Made by a program: the position numbers and the translations under genes. The notes under the pieces are model-generated. The model saw only the letters and a program-made list of their open reading frames with translations. It was not told where the DNA came from and made no database searches. Positions 1 to 13,586 of a stretch of DNA of 64,000 nt are shown here, piece by piece (position 1 is the stretch's first letter; each line of letters starts with the position of its first letter). Source of the stretch: an uncultured delta proteobacterium (GTDB lineage: Bacteria > Myxococcota > B64-G9). The stretch spans positions 320,001-384,000 of the forward strand of contig CAVWHX010000004.1 in the NCBI GenBank assembly GCA_963754925.1. The letters are read 5' to 3'.

Positions 1-240
1 ATAGAAAGTATCCTCAACGAAGCCCGAAGCCGGTTCAAGAAGGCTGAGACCCTCGGAAGCGGTCGCTTTCCCGATGCGAGTAATTGGGTTCGAAAAGTCG
101 ACAACGTGCTCGAGGTGATCCGCACCAACAAAGATACCGTGCTCCCGTCAGCCGGGCAAGCAGAGGCAACACCTGCTCCTCAAAAACCAAAACCGGACGC
201 TAGCGGTGCAAGCATCCCTCCGGCACCGACGACCCCCTAG
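1..240 (+). CDS. 5'-truncated hypothetical protein (C-terminal fragment, Pro-rich tail)
   Basis: Open frame from base 1 (IESILNEARSRFKKAETL...PPAPTTP) to TAG at 238-240. Confidence 0.6.
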   Translation: MESILNEARSRFKKAETLGSGRFPDASNWVRKVDNVLEVIRTNKDTVLPSAGQAEATPAPQKPKPDASGASIPPAPTTP

Positions 241-269
241 GCGAAAAAACAGCGAGGGCATCAGAAACC

Positions 270-1790
270 ATGTCACTGGTATCGTTTGCAAGCTACATCG
301 AACACCAAGGGCTTTCCGCGGGGATGGCCCCGCCGTTAATTGAGGAGATTGGCCACCGTACCCGCGCCGGAGACACCTGTTTGGCGCTCCTCGATCGATT
401 AACCCAAACCTCCACCTGGATCGTCCCAGCCCAGGTTTTAAAAATCCGCCAAGCGTTTCGAACCTATCGTGCCTTGGAGGAATATGCCCAGGGAATCGAC
501 TGGAGCGAGCCGCTTACCACCCGCCTTCAGGCTTCGGCCATCCGTTGGGCGCAGAGAACCGGCACTGATGAAAAGCGGCGTAAGCTTCTCATGGGCGCCT
601 ATGTGGCGCTGGTATCATCCACCCTCAAACAGGGAAGTCTCCGGGTACAGGTGCGTGACCTCTCCAATCCGAATCTCGGAGACCTCGGCGCGTTTGCCGG
701 TCAGCGCGAGTCGTGCGACGAGATACCGCCGCACCGTTTCTTCACGGTAAGCCGCGGTGTTGCCGACGGTCTGCTCTGGATCGAGGTCGTGTTCCCCGAC
801 GGCGCGATCGAGCGCGTCACGGAATCTCTTTCGAGCGCTTCGGTTGCAGAGGAGCTTGCCCGCGTTGCTTCAAAGGCGGTGCTCGACACGCTCTACGAAC
901 GGGCCGAACGCGAGGTGATCATCATGGCGGCCGAGGCGCTCTACGCCCTGTTGGCGCGCCCGCCGCTTCAGGGCGCTGTAGCCGGCGTCGTTTGCGACGA
1001 GCGGCGCGTATGGGTTGCGGTCCTGGACGGCGAGGAGGCGCACGCAGCCGAAATGGGCTTGCGCGAAACCGATCGGCTTATTGGTTGGCTTCAGACACGC
1101 ACCGTGAAGCACGTCGGAGTGGCGCGGCTTTCCGGCCGTGGCTCGTATGTCGAACTAATCCAAGCGCTCAGTGGTGCCGGGGTAGCCGTCGAGCCGGTGC
1201 GCGAAGCGGGACTGATGAAACAGGCCAAGGCGTTGGCTAAACCCATCAAGCTGGCCGCGGCCGAGGTGGTGTGCCGTCGGTTGCGTGACCCGCTCCAAGG
1301 GTATGCCTTCCTTGCCGCGGATGAGCTCGGACTCGGCGAGTATCTGGAACGGGTCGATGCCGTTCGGTTGCTGAGCGCGCTCGAGGATGCGCGTCAGCTC
1401 GTAACCTGGGAGCGAGCGCACGGTAAGTCCACTCCCCAGAGCGCCCGCGGCATATCGGTAAGCCCACTGGTGCGTTCATTGGCAGACCTGCGACCGGGCA
1501 TGGAGCTCTCCGGAACCGTGGCTAATCTGACGCATTTTGGCGCGTTTGTTGAGGTTGGCCTGCCCCTGCAAGGGCTCATTCATGTTTCGGAGCTCGCCGA
1601 TCGGCACGTGGCGCACCCTGCTGAGATCGTCACGGTTGGCGAACGGGTACAGGCCCGGGTGCTGGAGGTTGATGTGAATCGCAAACGCCTTTCGCTCACG
1701 CTTCGGTCCTCTCATACCCGGCCGGGTCAAGCCTCCCGCCGCAACACCGGAACAGCAAAAAAGGCCCTTGAAGAGCTGTTTAAAAAATGA
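270..1790 (+). CDS. Degenerate Tex-like protein with C-terminal S1 RNA-binding domain
   Basis: S1 signature DLRPGMELSGTVANLTHFGAFVEVG...GLIHVSEL; RRLRDPL and LGLGEY resemble Tex RRLQDPL and IGVGQY. Confidence 0.7.
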   Translation: MSLVSFASYIEHQGLSAGMAPPLIEEIGHRTRAGDTCLALLDRLTQTSTWIVPAQVLKIRQAFRTYRALEEYAQGIDWSEPLTTRLQASAIRWAQRTGTDEKRRKLLMGAYVALVSSTLKQGSLRVQVRDLSNPNLGDLGAFAGQRESCDEIPPHRFFTVSRGVADGLLWIEVVFPDGAIERVTESLSSASVAEELARVASKAVLDTLYERAEREVIIMAAEALYALLARPPLQGAVAGVVCDERRVWVAVLDGEEAHAAEMGLRETDRLIGWLQTRTVKHVGVARLSGRGSYVELIQALSGAGVAVEPVREAGLMKQAKALAKPIKLAAAEVVCRRLRDPLQGYAFLAADELGLGEYLERVDAVRLLSALEDARQLVTWERAHGKSTPQSARGISVSPLVRSLADLRPGMELSGTVANLTHFGAFVEVGLPLQGLIHVSELADRHVAHPAEIVTVGERVQARVLEVDVNRKRLSLTLRSSHTRPGQASRRNTGTAKKALEELFKK

Positions 1791-1979
1791 CTGATGACAC
1801 GGTGGGAAATGTTAGGTACCGAGATCGCGTGCTGGGCATGCCGGACCCGAAGCGTTTTATTCTTTGAAAAATAACGTTCAAATGGTAAGCAGAGATACAT
1901 TCACCGTGGAATATACCAAGTGTTACGTTTTGTTATAGATGCTATGGTATACCTAACCTATCAGAGGAGGAAACGAGAA

Positions 1980-3068
1980 ATGAAACATTGGTTAAGAATT
2001 GAGATGGTGGCGTTGTCGCTGTGTGTCGGAAGTCTGGCCCTTACGGGATGCAAGGCTGGCTCAGGGGGGTCGACGGTGGCGGGAAAAACCGGCGCCAACC
2101 CGGCTGGCTCGTCCGAGGTCGTCGCGCGCGTCGGCAACGTCGAAATCACCGTGGCTGATTTTGAATCCCAGCTTTCCCAACAAAATCCGATGTTCCGCGC
2201 CCGTTTCAACACGCCGGAACAAAAGAAGAGACTGCTTGATGGCCTCGTTGAACGTGAGGTCTTGGCGCAAGAAGCCAAACGGTTGGGATTGGAAAAAGAT
2301 CCCGAGGTGCAGGGCGCCGTCAAGCGCATCATGGCGGCCTATTTTGTCAGATCGGAGTTCAATGATAAACGCGCTAAAGATCTGACCGTCCCCGACGCCG
2401 ATATAGAAAAGTACTACCAGGATAACATCAGTCATTTCAAGGCGCCTGAGAAAGTGCGGGTACAGCAAGTTTTATACTCGGCGCCGAAAAACAATGCGGT
2501 CCTGCGAAAAAAAGCAAAGCTCCAGGCCCAAGAAGCGCTTAGACAACTACATGCCAAGCCCCAGGATCAAATACTGTTTGAAAAAATCACTCACGGGAGC
2601 GAGGCCGATAAAACCGGCAAGCCGTCCGTCGTCGACACCACCTTCAAAGAACACGATCAACTCCAACAAGAATACGGCAAGGCCTTTGCCGCTGCTGCCT
2701 TTGGTCTGAAGCAATCCAATGATCTCAGCGGCCTCATGGAAGACGAGAAAGGGTATTACTTTCTGCGCCAAGCCGGCCGCCAAGCGGCCGTCGATTACCC
2801 CCTTGATAAAGTCAAGGACCAGATCCGAACCACCCTTCTCTCCAAGGTCCGGATGGACGCCTACCAAACATTTCTCGAGGAGATGAAGCGCAAGGCTGGA
2901 GTACAAATATTCGAAAATGCGTTGGATAAAGTACAGTTCGATGCTTCCAACCAAGCGCCCCAGACCCCACCGCCCCTCGCCCCGCCATCGGCGGGCCAGC
3001 CGATCAAAGTCCAACCTGAAAACCAGCCAAAGAACCAGCCGATGGCCGGCAATAAAACCACACCTTAA
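1980..3068 (+). CDS. Parvulin/PrsA-like peptidyl-prolyl isomerase lipoprotein
   Basis: RBS GAGGAGG before ATG 1980; lipobox-like LALTGC; VVARVG..IT N-domain; degenerate PpiC domain. Confidence 0.8.
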   Translation: MKHWLRIEMVALSLCVGSLALTGCKAGSGGSTVAGKTGANPAGSSEVVARVGNVEITVADFESQLSQQNPMFRARFNTPEQKKRLLDGLVEREVLAQEAKRLGLEKDPEVQGAVKRIMAAYFVRSEFNDKRAKDLTVPDADIEKYYQDNISHFKAPEKVRVQQVLYSAPKNNAVLRKKAKLQAQEALRQLHAKPQDQILFEKITHGSEADKTGKPSVVDTTFKEHDQLQQEYGKAFAAAAFGLKQSNDLSGLMEDEKGYYFLRQAGRQAAVDYPLDKVKDQIRTTLLSKVRMDAYQTFLEEMKRKAGVQIFENALDKVQFDASNQAPQTPPPLAPPSAGQPIKVQPENQPKNQPMAGNKTTP

Positions 3069-3087
3069 ACTGAACAGAGGTACGCTC

Positions 3088-4053
3088 GTGGCGCGCAGGT
3101 ATCCTCCAGCAGGTAGAGCCGTGCTTTGGTTTTCCGGGATTGCCCTGGGTCTATGGGCGTGCCCCGGCAACAACCCAAATCGCGGCTTGGAAAAAATGCC
3201 TGTAGCGATGGTCAACGGCGAGCCGATTATGTACGAAGAATACTTCGCGGTTCTCCAGGAAACAAAAGATGCTGGCAAGGGCTTTTTTATCGACGAAGAG
3301 AGCGCCGGCCGGGCCAAGCGCAACGTGCTCGAGCAGCTGATCGATACCCGGCTCTTGCTGCAGGAGGCGCGGCGCACCGGTGTATTGGTCGATCCAAGTT
3401 TGGTCGATGCGGCGGTGATGCTCGCCACCCGTCAATATCCGCCGGGAGAATGGGAAAATATCCTCATACACAAGGGCAAAACGATAGCGCAGTATCGCAA
3501 AGAAACTTCAGAAAATCTCCTTCAGCGTAAGTTGATCGAGCAGGAGGTGCTCATGCGCCTCGCCGTCGGTCGCGATGAAATAGCGCAATATTTTTCTGCC
3601 CACCAGAAGGAGTTTGCAAAGCCCGAGGAAGTCCGAGTTCGTCAAATCGTTACCCGCACCCAAGAGGAAGCCGAACGTCTGCGTCAGGACATTCTGAAGG
3701 GCGCCTCGTTCGAGGAACTGGCCCGCCAACATTCATTGGGCCCGGAGGCGAGCGAAGGCGGCGATCTGGGGTATTTTCCGCGCGGGCGCATGCCCCCGGC
3801 GATCGAAGAAGTCTGTTTCCAGCTCGCGCCATCCCGCTGCAGCCAGGTGGTGGCTTCATCGTACGGCTTTCACCTCTTTAAGTTGGTCGACAAACGTCCG
3901 GCCCACGAGTTGACTCTTGAGGAGGCTACGGATGAAATTGAGCGGAAGCTCCTGGAGCAAAAAGGCAAGGAGGCCGAGAAGGAGTACTTAGAACATCTTC
4001 ACGCGAACGCAAAAATTGAGCGCGATCTCAAACTTCTCGATCGGATTCATTAA
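3088..4053 (+). CDS. PpiC-type peptidyl-prolyl isomerase (SurA/PrsA family)
   Basis: GAGG then GTG 3088; VAMVNGEPI; VRVRQI, FEELARQHS, GGDLGYF, GFHLFK parvulin motifs. Confidence 0.85.
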   Translation: MARRYPPAGRAVLWFSGIALGLWACPGNNPNRGLEKMPVAMVNGEPIMYEEYFAVLQETKDAGKGFFIDEESAGRAKRNVLEQLIDTRLLLQEARRTGVLVDPSLVDAAVMLATRQYPPGEWENILIHKGKTIAQYRKETSENLLQRKLIEQEVLMRLAVGRDEIAQYFSAHQKEFAKPEEVRVRQIVTRTQEEAERLRQDILKGASFEELARQHSLGPEASEGGDLGYFPRGRMPPAIEEVCFQLAPSRCSQVVASSYGFHLFKLVDKRPAHELTLEEATDEIERKLLEQKGKEAEKEYLEHLHANAKIERDLKLLDRIH

Positions 4054-4132
4054 CTGTTGAAGTCCGCGCGATGCGCTCGTACGAGGTTGTTACCGTGGTT
4101 GGATGTTAGTCGCGCTGAAAGGAAGTTTCTTT

Positions 4133-5119
4133 ATGAACGTTTTCGGACAAAAGCTCTTCAACCTGGCGCTGTCTGCGGCCGTGGTTCTGTTGTGTGCGGG
4201 GGGAAGCCCCGCCGCGACCGAGGTGCTTGATCGCATTGCGGCCGTGGTGAACGGCGAGGTGCTGCTCGTGTCGGAGGTGGATCGCAGCGGAAAGATCGCG
4301 CTGGACGACATTCCCAGCTCGTTGACCGCCGATGAAAAACTTAACCGTACGACCGAAATTCGCAAGCAGGCCCTCGATACGCTGATCGATGATCTACTCA
4401 CTCGCCAGCAAGTTCGCGAGCGTAAGATTGTCGTAACCGACGAAGAAGTTGAGCAGGAACTGAAGAATCTGATGGAGTATAACAAACTCGACAAAGAGCA
4501 GCTGACTGCGGCGCTGGCGAACGAGGGCAAAACCATCGATGAGTTTCGGAAGGAACTCAAGAACCAGGTTGAGCAGCGAAAACTCTTTGGCATGGATATC
4601 CAAAGCAAGGTACAGGTCGGAGAGAAAGACATCGAGAGTTACTACCAGATGCAATACCAGAGCGGCGCTTCAAACGAGAAGATCCGCGCGAGCCACATTT
4701 TGTTTATGTTGCCAGAAAACTGCTCGCCTGAACAAGAGCAAACGGCGCGCGCCAAGGCCGAGAAGGTACTGAAGCAAATTCGATCCGGCGCGTCGTTCGC
4801 CGAGCTTGCGAAACAATACTCGGAGGATGCGAGTGGCGCGCAGGGCGGCGATCTCGGTTGGTTTCGCCGCGGGGACATGTTGCCCAACTTTGAAAAGGCC
4901 GCCTTTGCCCTCAAACCTGGCGCGGTAAGCGATGTGGTGCGGACGCGCTTTGGCCTTCACCTCATCATGGTCAACGAACGCGTCACCGAGGGAGCTCGCC
5001 CCCTGGACGAGGTGCGGGACGAAATCCGCGCGCGACTCCATCGCGAGAAGACCACCAAGGCGGTTCGGGATTGGCTTGACGAGATACGCCGCAAATCACA
5101 CATTGAAGTTAAATTATGA
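4133..5119 (+). CDS. surA: SurA-like periplasmic chaperone/PPIase
   Basis: DRIAAVVNG SurA N-domain; IRASHIL, FAELAKQYSED, GGDLGWF, FGLHLI; directly upstream of pdxA. Confidence 0.85.
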   Translation: MNVFGQKLFNLALSAAVVLLCAGGSPAATEVLDRIAAVVNGEVLLVSEVDRSGKIALDDIPSSLTADEKLNRTTEIRKQALDTLIDDLLTRQQVRERKIVVTDEEVEQELKNLMEYNKLDKEQLTAALANEGKTIDEFRKELKNQVEQRKLFGMDIQSKVQVGEKDIESYYQMQYQSGASNEKIRASHILFMLPENCSPEQEQTARAKAEKVLKQIRSGASFAELAKQYSEDASGAQGGDLGWFRRGDMLPNFEKAAFALKPGAVSDVVRTRFGLHLIMVNERVTEGARPLDEVRDEIRARLHREKTTKAVRDWLDEIRRKSHIEVKL

Positions 5120-6081
5120 TCACCATTGGCATTAGTTTGGGCGATCCGGCCGGGGTGGGGCCGGAAGTTTTGGTCAAGGCCTTAGCTTCCCCGGCGTTGC
5201 AGGCGCGGATCAAACCAATAGTGTTCGGCGATCACGGCATCCTCGCGCGGGCCGCTTTGGCAAGCAATACGTCTATTGACTTCGAAATCCGGGCGGTAAC
5301 CCACCTGCGCCCGGCCGATTGCCCTCCCGGCCAATTCAGCGAACACGGCGGTCGCGCCCAAGTCGCCTACCTTGAGGCCGCGGCACATGCCCTTGAAGCG
5401 GGGGAGGTTAAGGCGCTGGTAACAGGACCACTCCATAAACGATCCCTCACCCTTATGCAGGCGGTGGGGCCCGGTCAAACCGAATGGCTCGCGGCGCGCT
5501 TTAACGCCCACATGCCGGTTATGATGCTAGCCGGCCCGCGTCTGAAGGTGGTGCTGGCCACCACGCACCTGCCGCTCCGGCAGGTGGCCGCTGCGCTCGA
5601 TCGGTTGCGGCTTGTTGACCTGGTCACGGTTGCGGCTGCGGATCTGAGCCGTTACTTCTGTGCAAACCCGCCTCGGTTGGCGCTTTCGGCGCTCAACCCA
5701 CATGGCGAGGAGTACGGCACGGAAGGTCAAGAAGAGCGTGAGATTCTTGCCCCGGCGGTGGCGATGCTTCGCGCAGCGGGCGTAAACATCGTCGGCCCGT
5801 TACCTGCCGACTCGCTTTTTGTGCAAGCAGTAGCCGGTGCATACGACGCCGTGGTGGCGCTCTATCACGACCAAGGTTTAGGACCGATCAAAGTGCTGCA
5901 CTTTACCGAGGCGGTCAACGTCACCTTGGGCTTAGGCCGAATCCGCACCGCGCCCGATCACGGGGTGGCCTACGACATCGCCGGGCGCGATCTGGCCGAC
6001 CCAACCAGCATGCACGCAGCTATTGCGCTTGCCGCCGACATGGCCGAACGCACGTCGCCCTCTTCATCCGAGGCACGCTAA
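5116..6081 (+). CDS. pdxA: 4-hydroxythreonine-4-phosphate dehydrogenase
   Basis: [32 protein letters not shown] motifs. Confidence 0.93.
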   Translation: MITIGISLGDPAGVGPEVLVKALASPALQARIKPIVFGDHGILARAALASNTSIDFEIRAVTHLRPADCPPGQFSEHGGRAQVAYLEAAAHALEAGEVKALVTGPLHKRSLTLMQAVGPGQTEWLAARFNAHMPVMMLAGPRLKVVLATTHLPLRQVAAALDRLRLVDLVTVAAADLSRYFCANPPRLALSALNPHGEEYGTEGQEEREILAPAVAMLRAAGVNIVGPLPADSLFVQAVAGAYDAVVALYHDQGLGPIKVLHFTEAVNVTLGLGRIRTAPDHGVAYDIAGRDLADPTSMHAAIALAADMAERTSPSSSEAR

Positions 6082-6084
6082 CCC

Positions 6085-8945
<2,861 letters not shown>

Positions 8946-9065
8946 CTAGTTCTCCATCCTGACTACCTCACGTGACCGCCCCGGGTGTCTGATTTTCGAA
9001 CACAAGATGTAATTTCTTCACACCCCTTAGGTTCACAACTGCCCGTTTCGACTGGTTTCAATATT

Positions 9066-9081
9066 TGGCTTGATATTTGCT
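9066..9081 (+). promoter_or_regulatory. Putative sigma-54 (-24/-12) promoter
   Basis: TGGCTTGATATTTGCT: GG-N10-GC with TTGC at -12, 27 nt upstream of ATG 9109. Confidence 0.5.
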
Positions 9082-9108
9082 GTTCTTTTTAATGAAAAGG
9101 GGTGACCT

Positions 9109-9297
9109 ATGATAAAAAATCCAAAGACAGATCGACTAGCGGAAACTCTCGATCAGAAGTTGGCAGATATTGCGGCCAAAACCACACAGTTAACAAAATT
9201 GTTAAGGCAGACAGAGAAGGTTTTCACTGCGGTAAACACACAATGGTCGGAACTAAAAACAAAGTTGGTAAGTTTAAATAAAAATAAGTACCGGTAA
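9109..9297 (+). CDS. Small coiled-coil hypothetical protein (62 aa)
   Basis: RBS AAGGGGTGA, heptad-like Leu pattern, upstream sigma-54-like site. Confidence 0.5.
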   Translation: MIKNPKTDRLAETLDQKLADIAAKTTQLTKLLRQTEKVFTAVNTQWSELKTKLVSLNKNKYR

Positions 9298-9371
9298 CAA
9301 AGATTCAGTCGTTCCTGTCTGTTAAGAGCAGCTTCTTTTCTTGAACCGAAAAATGTGATAGTTTTGATAAT

Positions 9372-10640
9372 ATGCGTTCGTGGATATTGACGCTTGTTCT
9401 ACTAACCCATAATTGTTGTGTTTTTGCCGTGACATTAACTGGCACGGTGACGCGGTCGGACACCGGTGCAGCGATAGCTGGGGCATTGATCCTGGTCCGC
9501 AGTACGAACGTTCTGGGTATATCCGGAGCAGACGGAACGTATACCTTGGACGTACCCTCGGGAGTCTATGGCCTAACGTGCACGGCTTCAGGTCTTAGCG
9601 GTTTCAATAGTTCGGCGGTTGACCTTTCACAAAACGTTACCCGTAACTTCAACCTCGACCCAACGGCAGCTAATACATATACTATTGCCGGCACTGCAAC
9701 ATGCGCTGGAACTCCCTGTGGAGGCATTCTGGTGTTTGTCTATTCAGGACAGACACTTTCAGCGATTGGTATAAGCGCCGATGGCACCGGTAGCTATAGC
9801 GCCGAAGGCCTCGCCGAAGGTACGTATTCACTAACTGCGGTTGCCTTTGGTTACCTGCCCCAACGCCAAGATAATTTTGTTGTTGCTGCTACGGCAACCC
9901 CGTCGTTCAATCCGGATCTGACCGCCGGGGCGCCCGAGGGGTATATCATCAAGGGGTCGGTGGGATTGGTCGACAACCCCCTCGATCGCAGCGGTTCAAC
10001 GGTAATTCTTAACGGGACAAGCCTTACTTCGACTACTTCAGCCGACGGCAGCTATACACTTTCGGGGGTACCGGCTGGGTTGCTTTCTTTCTCGGCTGCT
10101 CATACGGGTTACAATCAAGCTAATCAAATTGATGTACTGATAGAGGATAGCAATACCACCCTCAACTTTGTTTTGACTCAAGGTAGCAGGCAGACCACTC
10201 CAACCTATCGTATCAATGGAAGAATTACTTTGGAAGCAGCGGCTGACGGGACGACTCCCCCTTTGTCAAATAGCCTTTTCAGTCTCTGGACCGCTGATGA
10301 AAGCCAGCATTTCTCCACCATCACTGATGTTGATGGCTCCTATGCCATCGAGAATGTACCAGCAGGAAATTATCTAGCCGGCGCCGCACGCGAGGGTTAT
10401 GTGACACATCCTATTGGCCCCTTTGACCTAATCGCTGACCTGACATTGGAGGACATCCAACTCGCGCTCGATCCTTCTTGGGATTATGGTCCGGGCGATC
10501 ACGCCAACCTGCCCGGCTGTAGTGTTAGCTCGTCCAACGACTCGTGGTGGGTGTTCATGGTTGGCTTGTATGCGCTCTGCTATCTTCGCCGCCTCGTGCC
10601 TAAGCGGATGTTATCGATTAGTCGAGTGGTTCCGATCTGA
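9372..10640 (+). CDS. Secreted protein with ~4 carboxypeptidase-regulatory-like beta-sandwich domains and a MYXO-CTERM-like anchor
   Basis: Signal peptide; repeated xGTV...ADGSYxLxxVPxGxY units; C-terminal PGCSV + hydrophobic segment + LRR. Confidence 0.7.
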   Translation: MRSWILTLVLLTHNCCVFAVTLTGTVTRSDTGAAIAGALILVRSTNVLGISGADGTYTLDVPSGVYGLTCTASGLSGFNSSAVDLSQNVTRNFNLDPTAANTYTIAGTATCAGTPCGGILVFVYSGQTLSAIGISADGTGSYSAEGLAEGTYSLTAVAFGYLPQRQDNFVVAATATPSFNPDLTAGAPEGYIIKGSVGLVDNPLDRSGSTVILNGTSLTSTTSADGSYTLSGVPAGLLSFSAAHTGYNQANQIDVLIEDSNTTLNFVLTQGSRQTTPTYRINGRITLEAAADGTTPPLSNSLFSLWTADESQHFSTITDVDGSYAIENVPAGNYLAGAAREGYVTHPIGPFDLIADLTLEDIQLALDPSWDYGPGDHANLPGCSVSSSNDSWWVFMVGLYALCYLRRLVPKRMLSISRVVPI

Positions 10641-11566
10641 GCGGCAACGATTAGTATGGCGTCTTTTTCCACCTGGGGAATTCGCTCGAGCGTGTTGGGG
10701 TCGCAAACCGCAACGTATTCAACGACTATGCCTTGTTCTTCGCGAAGCAAGTCAAGCACCGAGGCAGTCAGCTCGGCCGAGTCGCATTCGCCGCTTTCGC
10801 ATAGTTTTTTGGCTTTGCGCAGACCCCTGAAAAGCGCCGTTGCCTGTTGGCGTTGGGCTGGACTCAGGTAGGAATTACGCGAGCTCATCGCCAACCCATC
10901 CTCCTCACGAACCGTAGAAAAACCAACAACTTGCACATCAAGATCTAGGTCGCGCGCCATTCGCCGGATGGTGATGAGCTGTTGATAATCTTTCTCTCCG
11001 AATATTGCCACATCCGGTTTTATAATATTAAATAGCTTGGCCACTACCGTGGCCACCCCGCGGAAATGTCCTGGACGGGATGCGCCGCAAAAGTCGCGGG
11101 TCACCTCGGTAACATCTACGAACGTCTGAAAACCTTCCGGGTACATTTCACCGGCCTCTGGCAAAAATAGTATATCCACTCCTTCCCCTTGGATTTTCTT
11201 ACGATCCGCAGGCAGATCACGTGGATAGCGGTCGAGATCCTCTGAAGGACCGAACTGGGTCGGATTGACAAAAATACTTGCCACCAAGACCGACGCATAT
11301 CGATGAGCCTCGCGCATTAACGACAAATGTCCTTCATGGAGATAGCCCATGGTGGGAATCAATGCGATTTTTCGGTGCCGAGAGCGCAGTTCTTGGGAGA
11401 CCCGTTTCATTTCCTGAACCGTGCGGATCACTTTCAAGGGCTTAGAAGGTTTCTTTGAACGAGAGCGCGACCTACCTTTGACTACTACTCGAGGCGTAGC
11501 GATTTTCTTCTTGGCGGGAGATGCCATTTTTCTTCTTTTGGACTCTGCGCTTTTCTTCGACGCCAT
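10580..11566 (-). CDS. panC: Pantoate--beta-alanine ligase with basic N-terminal extension
   Basis: PTMGYLHEGH, SIFVNPTQF, RPGHFRGVATVV, GEKDYQQ, AMSSRN, RLIDN. Confidence 0.95.
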   Translation of the reverse strand: MASKKSAESKRRKMASPAKKKIATPRVVVKGRSRSRSKKPSKPLKVIRTVQEMKRVSQELRSRHRKIALIPTMGYLHEGHLSLMREAHRYASVLVASIFVNPTQFGPSEDLDRYPRDLPADRKKIQGEGVDILFLPEAGEMYPEGFQTFVDVTEVTRDFCGASRPGHFRGVATVVAKLFNIIKPDVAIFGEKDYQQLITIRRMARDLDLDVQVVGFSTVREEDGLAMSSRNSYLSPAQRQQATALFRGLRKAKKLCESGECDSAELTASVLDLLREEQGIVVEYVAVCDPNTLERIPQVEKDAILIVAAQIGTTRLIDNIRLGTRRRR

Positions 11567-11666
11567 ATTAAACCCCCAAGGGTCTCTTTAGAATCCAAGC
11601 CTCACCAGATAATTACCCGAATGTCAAGGACAATCTTAGTATATTGTAAAATAATTACTTTTATGG

Positions 11667-13554
11667 TTGTCCTTCACACGCTCCACCTCTATAATGTCGG
11701 CCGTGCGGAGAATACAGAGCAAACCGTTTTTTGCCGGTATATGGCTTTCAAGTCTCTTTAATATAACCATGGCCGGTTTACTAACCCTGGTCTCCTTCCT
11801 TGACGTTCTGGTCGCTCCCATCGGAAAGTGGCAGGTCGATCAGGTGGCCCCAACCACGTACCGCACCCAGACCGCGCGGGACGTGGAGTCGAGTGAGCCG
11901 TTTTCCTTTCTTAACGACCACGGTAACTTCGATACGCGCTTTATCATAAAACGTGGTGAAAAAATCAAACACGAAACTCTGGGAAACCTCCGGCTGCTCT
12001 TACCTGATCGGCTGCAATTCGATCCCAAACGCGCCGGAGGTGTATGGGCGTTTTACTTTGTGGCGTTGACCTTTTTTTCGATTGCGCTGCGCCGCGCCAA
12101 AATCCATCTTTGCATGCGCTTCAGGGCGGTTTCATCGCTCTATTTGGCCTTGTTGGTTTCAATGGTTGCCGCTCGGTTGTTGCTCGACAAGACCGCCCTC
12201 AGCCCGTATGCGGCCCCCGTTTCGTTCGCGGCGGTTCTTTTGGGTTCTCAACTCGGCCAGACACTCGGGTTGGTATTGCACCTCCTGGCGGTGGTATTGA
12301 TCGCACAGCTCGATCGCTTTATGCCGGGAATGATCTTGATTCCACTGGCGTGTGGTTGGTCGGCGGTATTGGTGCTTAAACGTGAAAGCGGACCTCTACG
12401 CATGGTTTTGGCGAGCATCATTGGAGCGTTCACCGGTGGGTTGTTCATGTTGGGTCTCGATCTATTCAGTCCTCAGAGTTTTGACCTTCGGTTGCATTTC
12501 CAAAGCGACTTCATTGGATTACTCAGTGGTAACGTCGCGGCAGGGGTACTTGCGGCTCTCCTTTCCTATCCGGCTATCGCACTCTTTGGCAATGTCCCGA
12601 GGCTTAAACTCACCCGACTGATGGATCTTGATCATCCATTGCTCATCGAACTCTCGGAGAAGGCGCCCGGTACGTTCCAGCATGTGATGGCGGTCGCCAA
12701 TATGGCTGAAAAGGTTTCGCACGACATCGGCGTTGATGATCAGCTCGTGCGTGTTGGGGTGTATTATCACGACATTGGTAAAATGCAACAACCTGAGTAT
12801 TTTACGGAAAACCAGCAAGGGGACAACCCCCACGATCGGCTCAATCCCGAGGTCAGCGCTGAAATTATCCGCAATCATGTACGCGACGGAGTAACCATCG
12901 CCCGTGGTGCGGTTCTACCTCAGCGAATCATAGACTTTATCGTCGAACACCACGGCAATTCAACCATGGACTACTTTATCGACAAGGCCGCTCGCAGCGG
13001 GTCTCCGTTTGACCCTCGAGCCTTTGAGTACCATGGCCGCAACCCCACCAGCAAAGAGACCGGTATCCTGCTGATAGTTGACGCAATCGAGGCAGCCTCA
13101 CGAAGTTTAAAAAGCCCGGATCACCGTCAGGTCGAAGAGTTGGTGCGGCGAATCGATTCTTAACAAGCTCCTGCAGGGTCACCTCGATGACTCAGGCCTC
13201 ACCACCAAGGACCTCAAGCAGATTGGTCTAACCTTGGTGAAGTATTTGGAAGCCCACTTTCACGTGCGCGTTGAGTACCCCTGGCAACGACAGGCTGAAA
13301 TCAACACGCCCATTCCAACTCAGCCGGCGCTACGCGTTGCCCATCCCGTGGTTTCAAACCCGGTCAGTTCTCAGCCGGCAATATCCAATCTACCAATTGC
13401 ACCGTCAGGAGCCTCGCTCACACCCCCGCCAATCAACCTTACACCCATACCGCCGAACAACAGCCAACCGACCGTTTCGCCGCCGAACGAATTCGGTTTT
13501 GAGCGTAACGCGCCGATATCCAGAAACAGCAACAGTTCGTATCGTGGCAAATAG
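11667..13554 (+). CDS. 7TM-HDIG membrane phosphohydrolase (PgpH-like), frameshifted at ~13155-13161
   Basis: Multiple TM helices; APGTFQH, YYHDIGK, YFTENQ, EHHG, DAIEAASR; continues in another frame as KLLQGHLDDSGLT...HVRVEYP. Confidence 0.85.
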
Positions 13555-13586
13555 GCGGGAGCTCGATCCGGTTGAACCCGGCTGAT

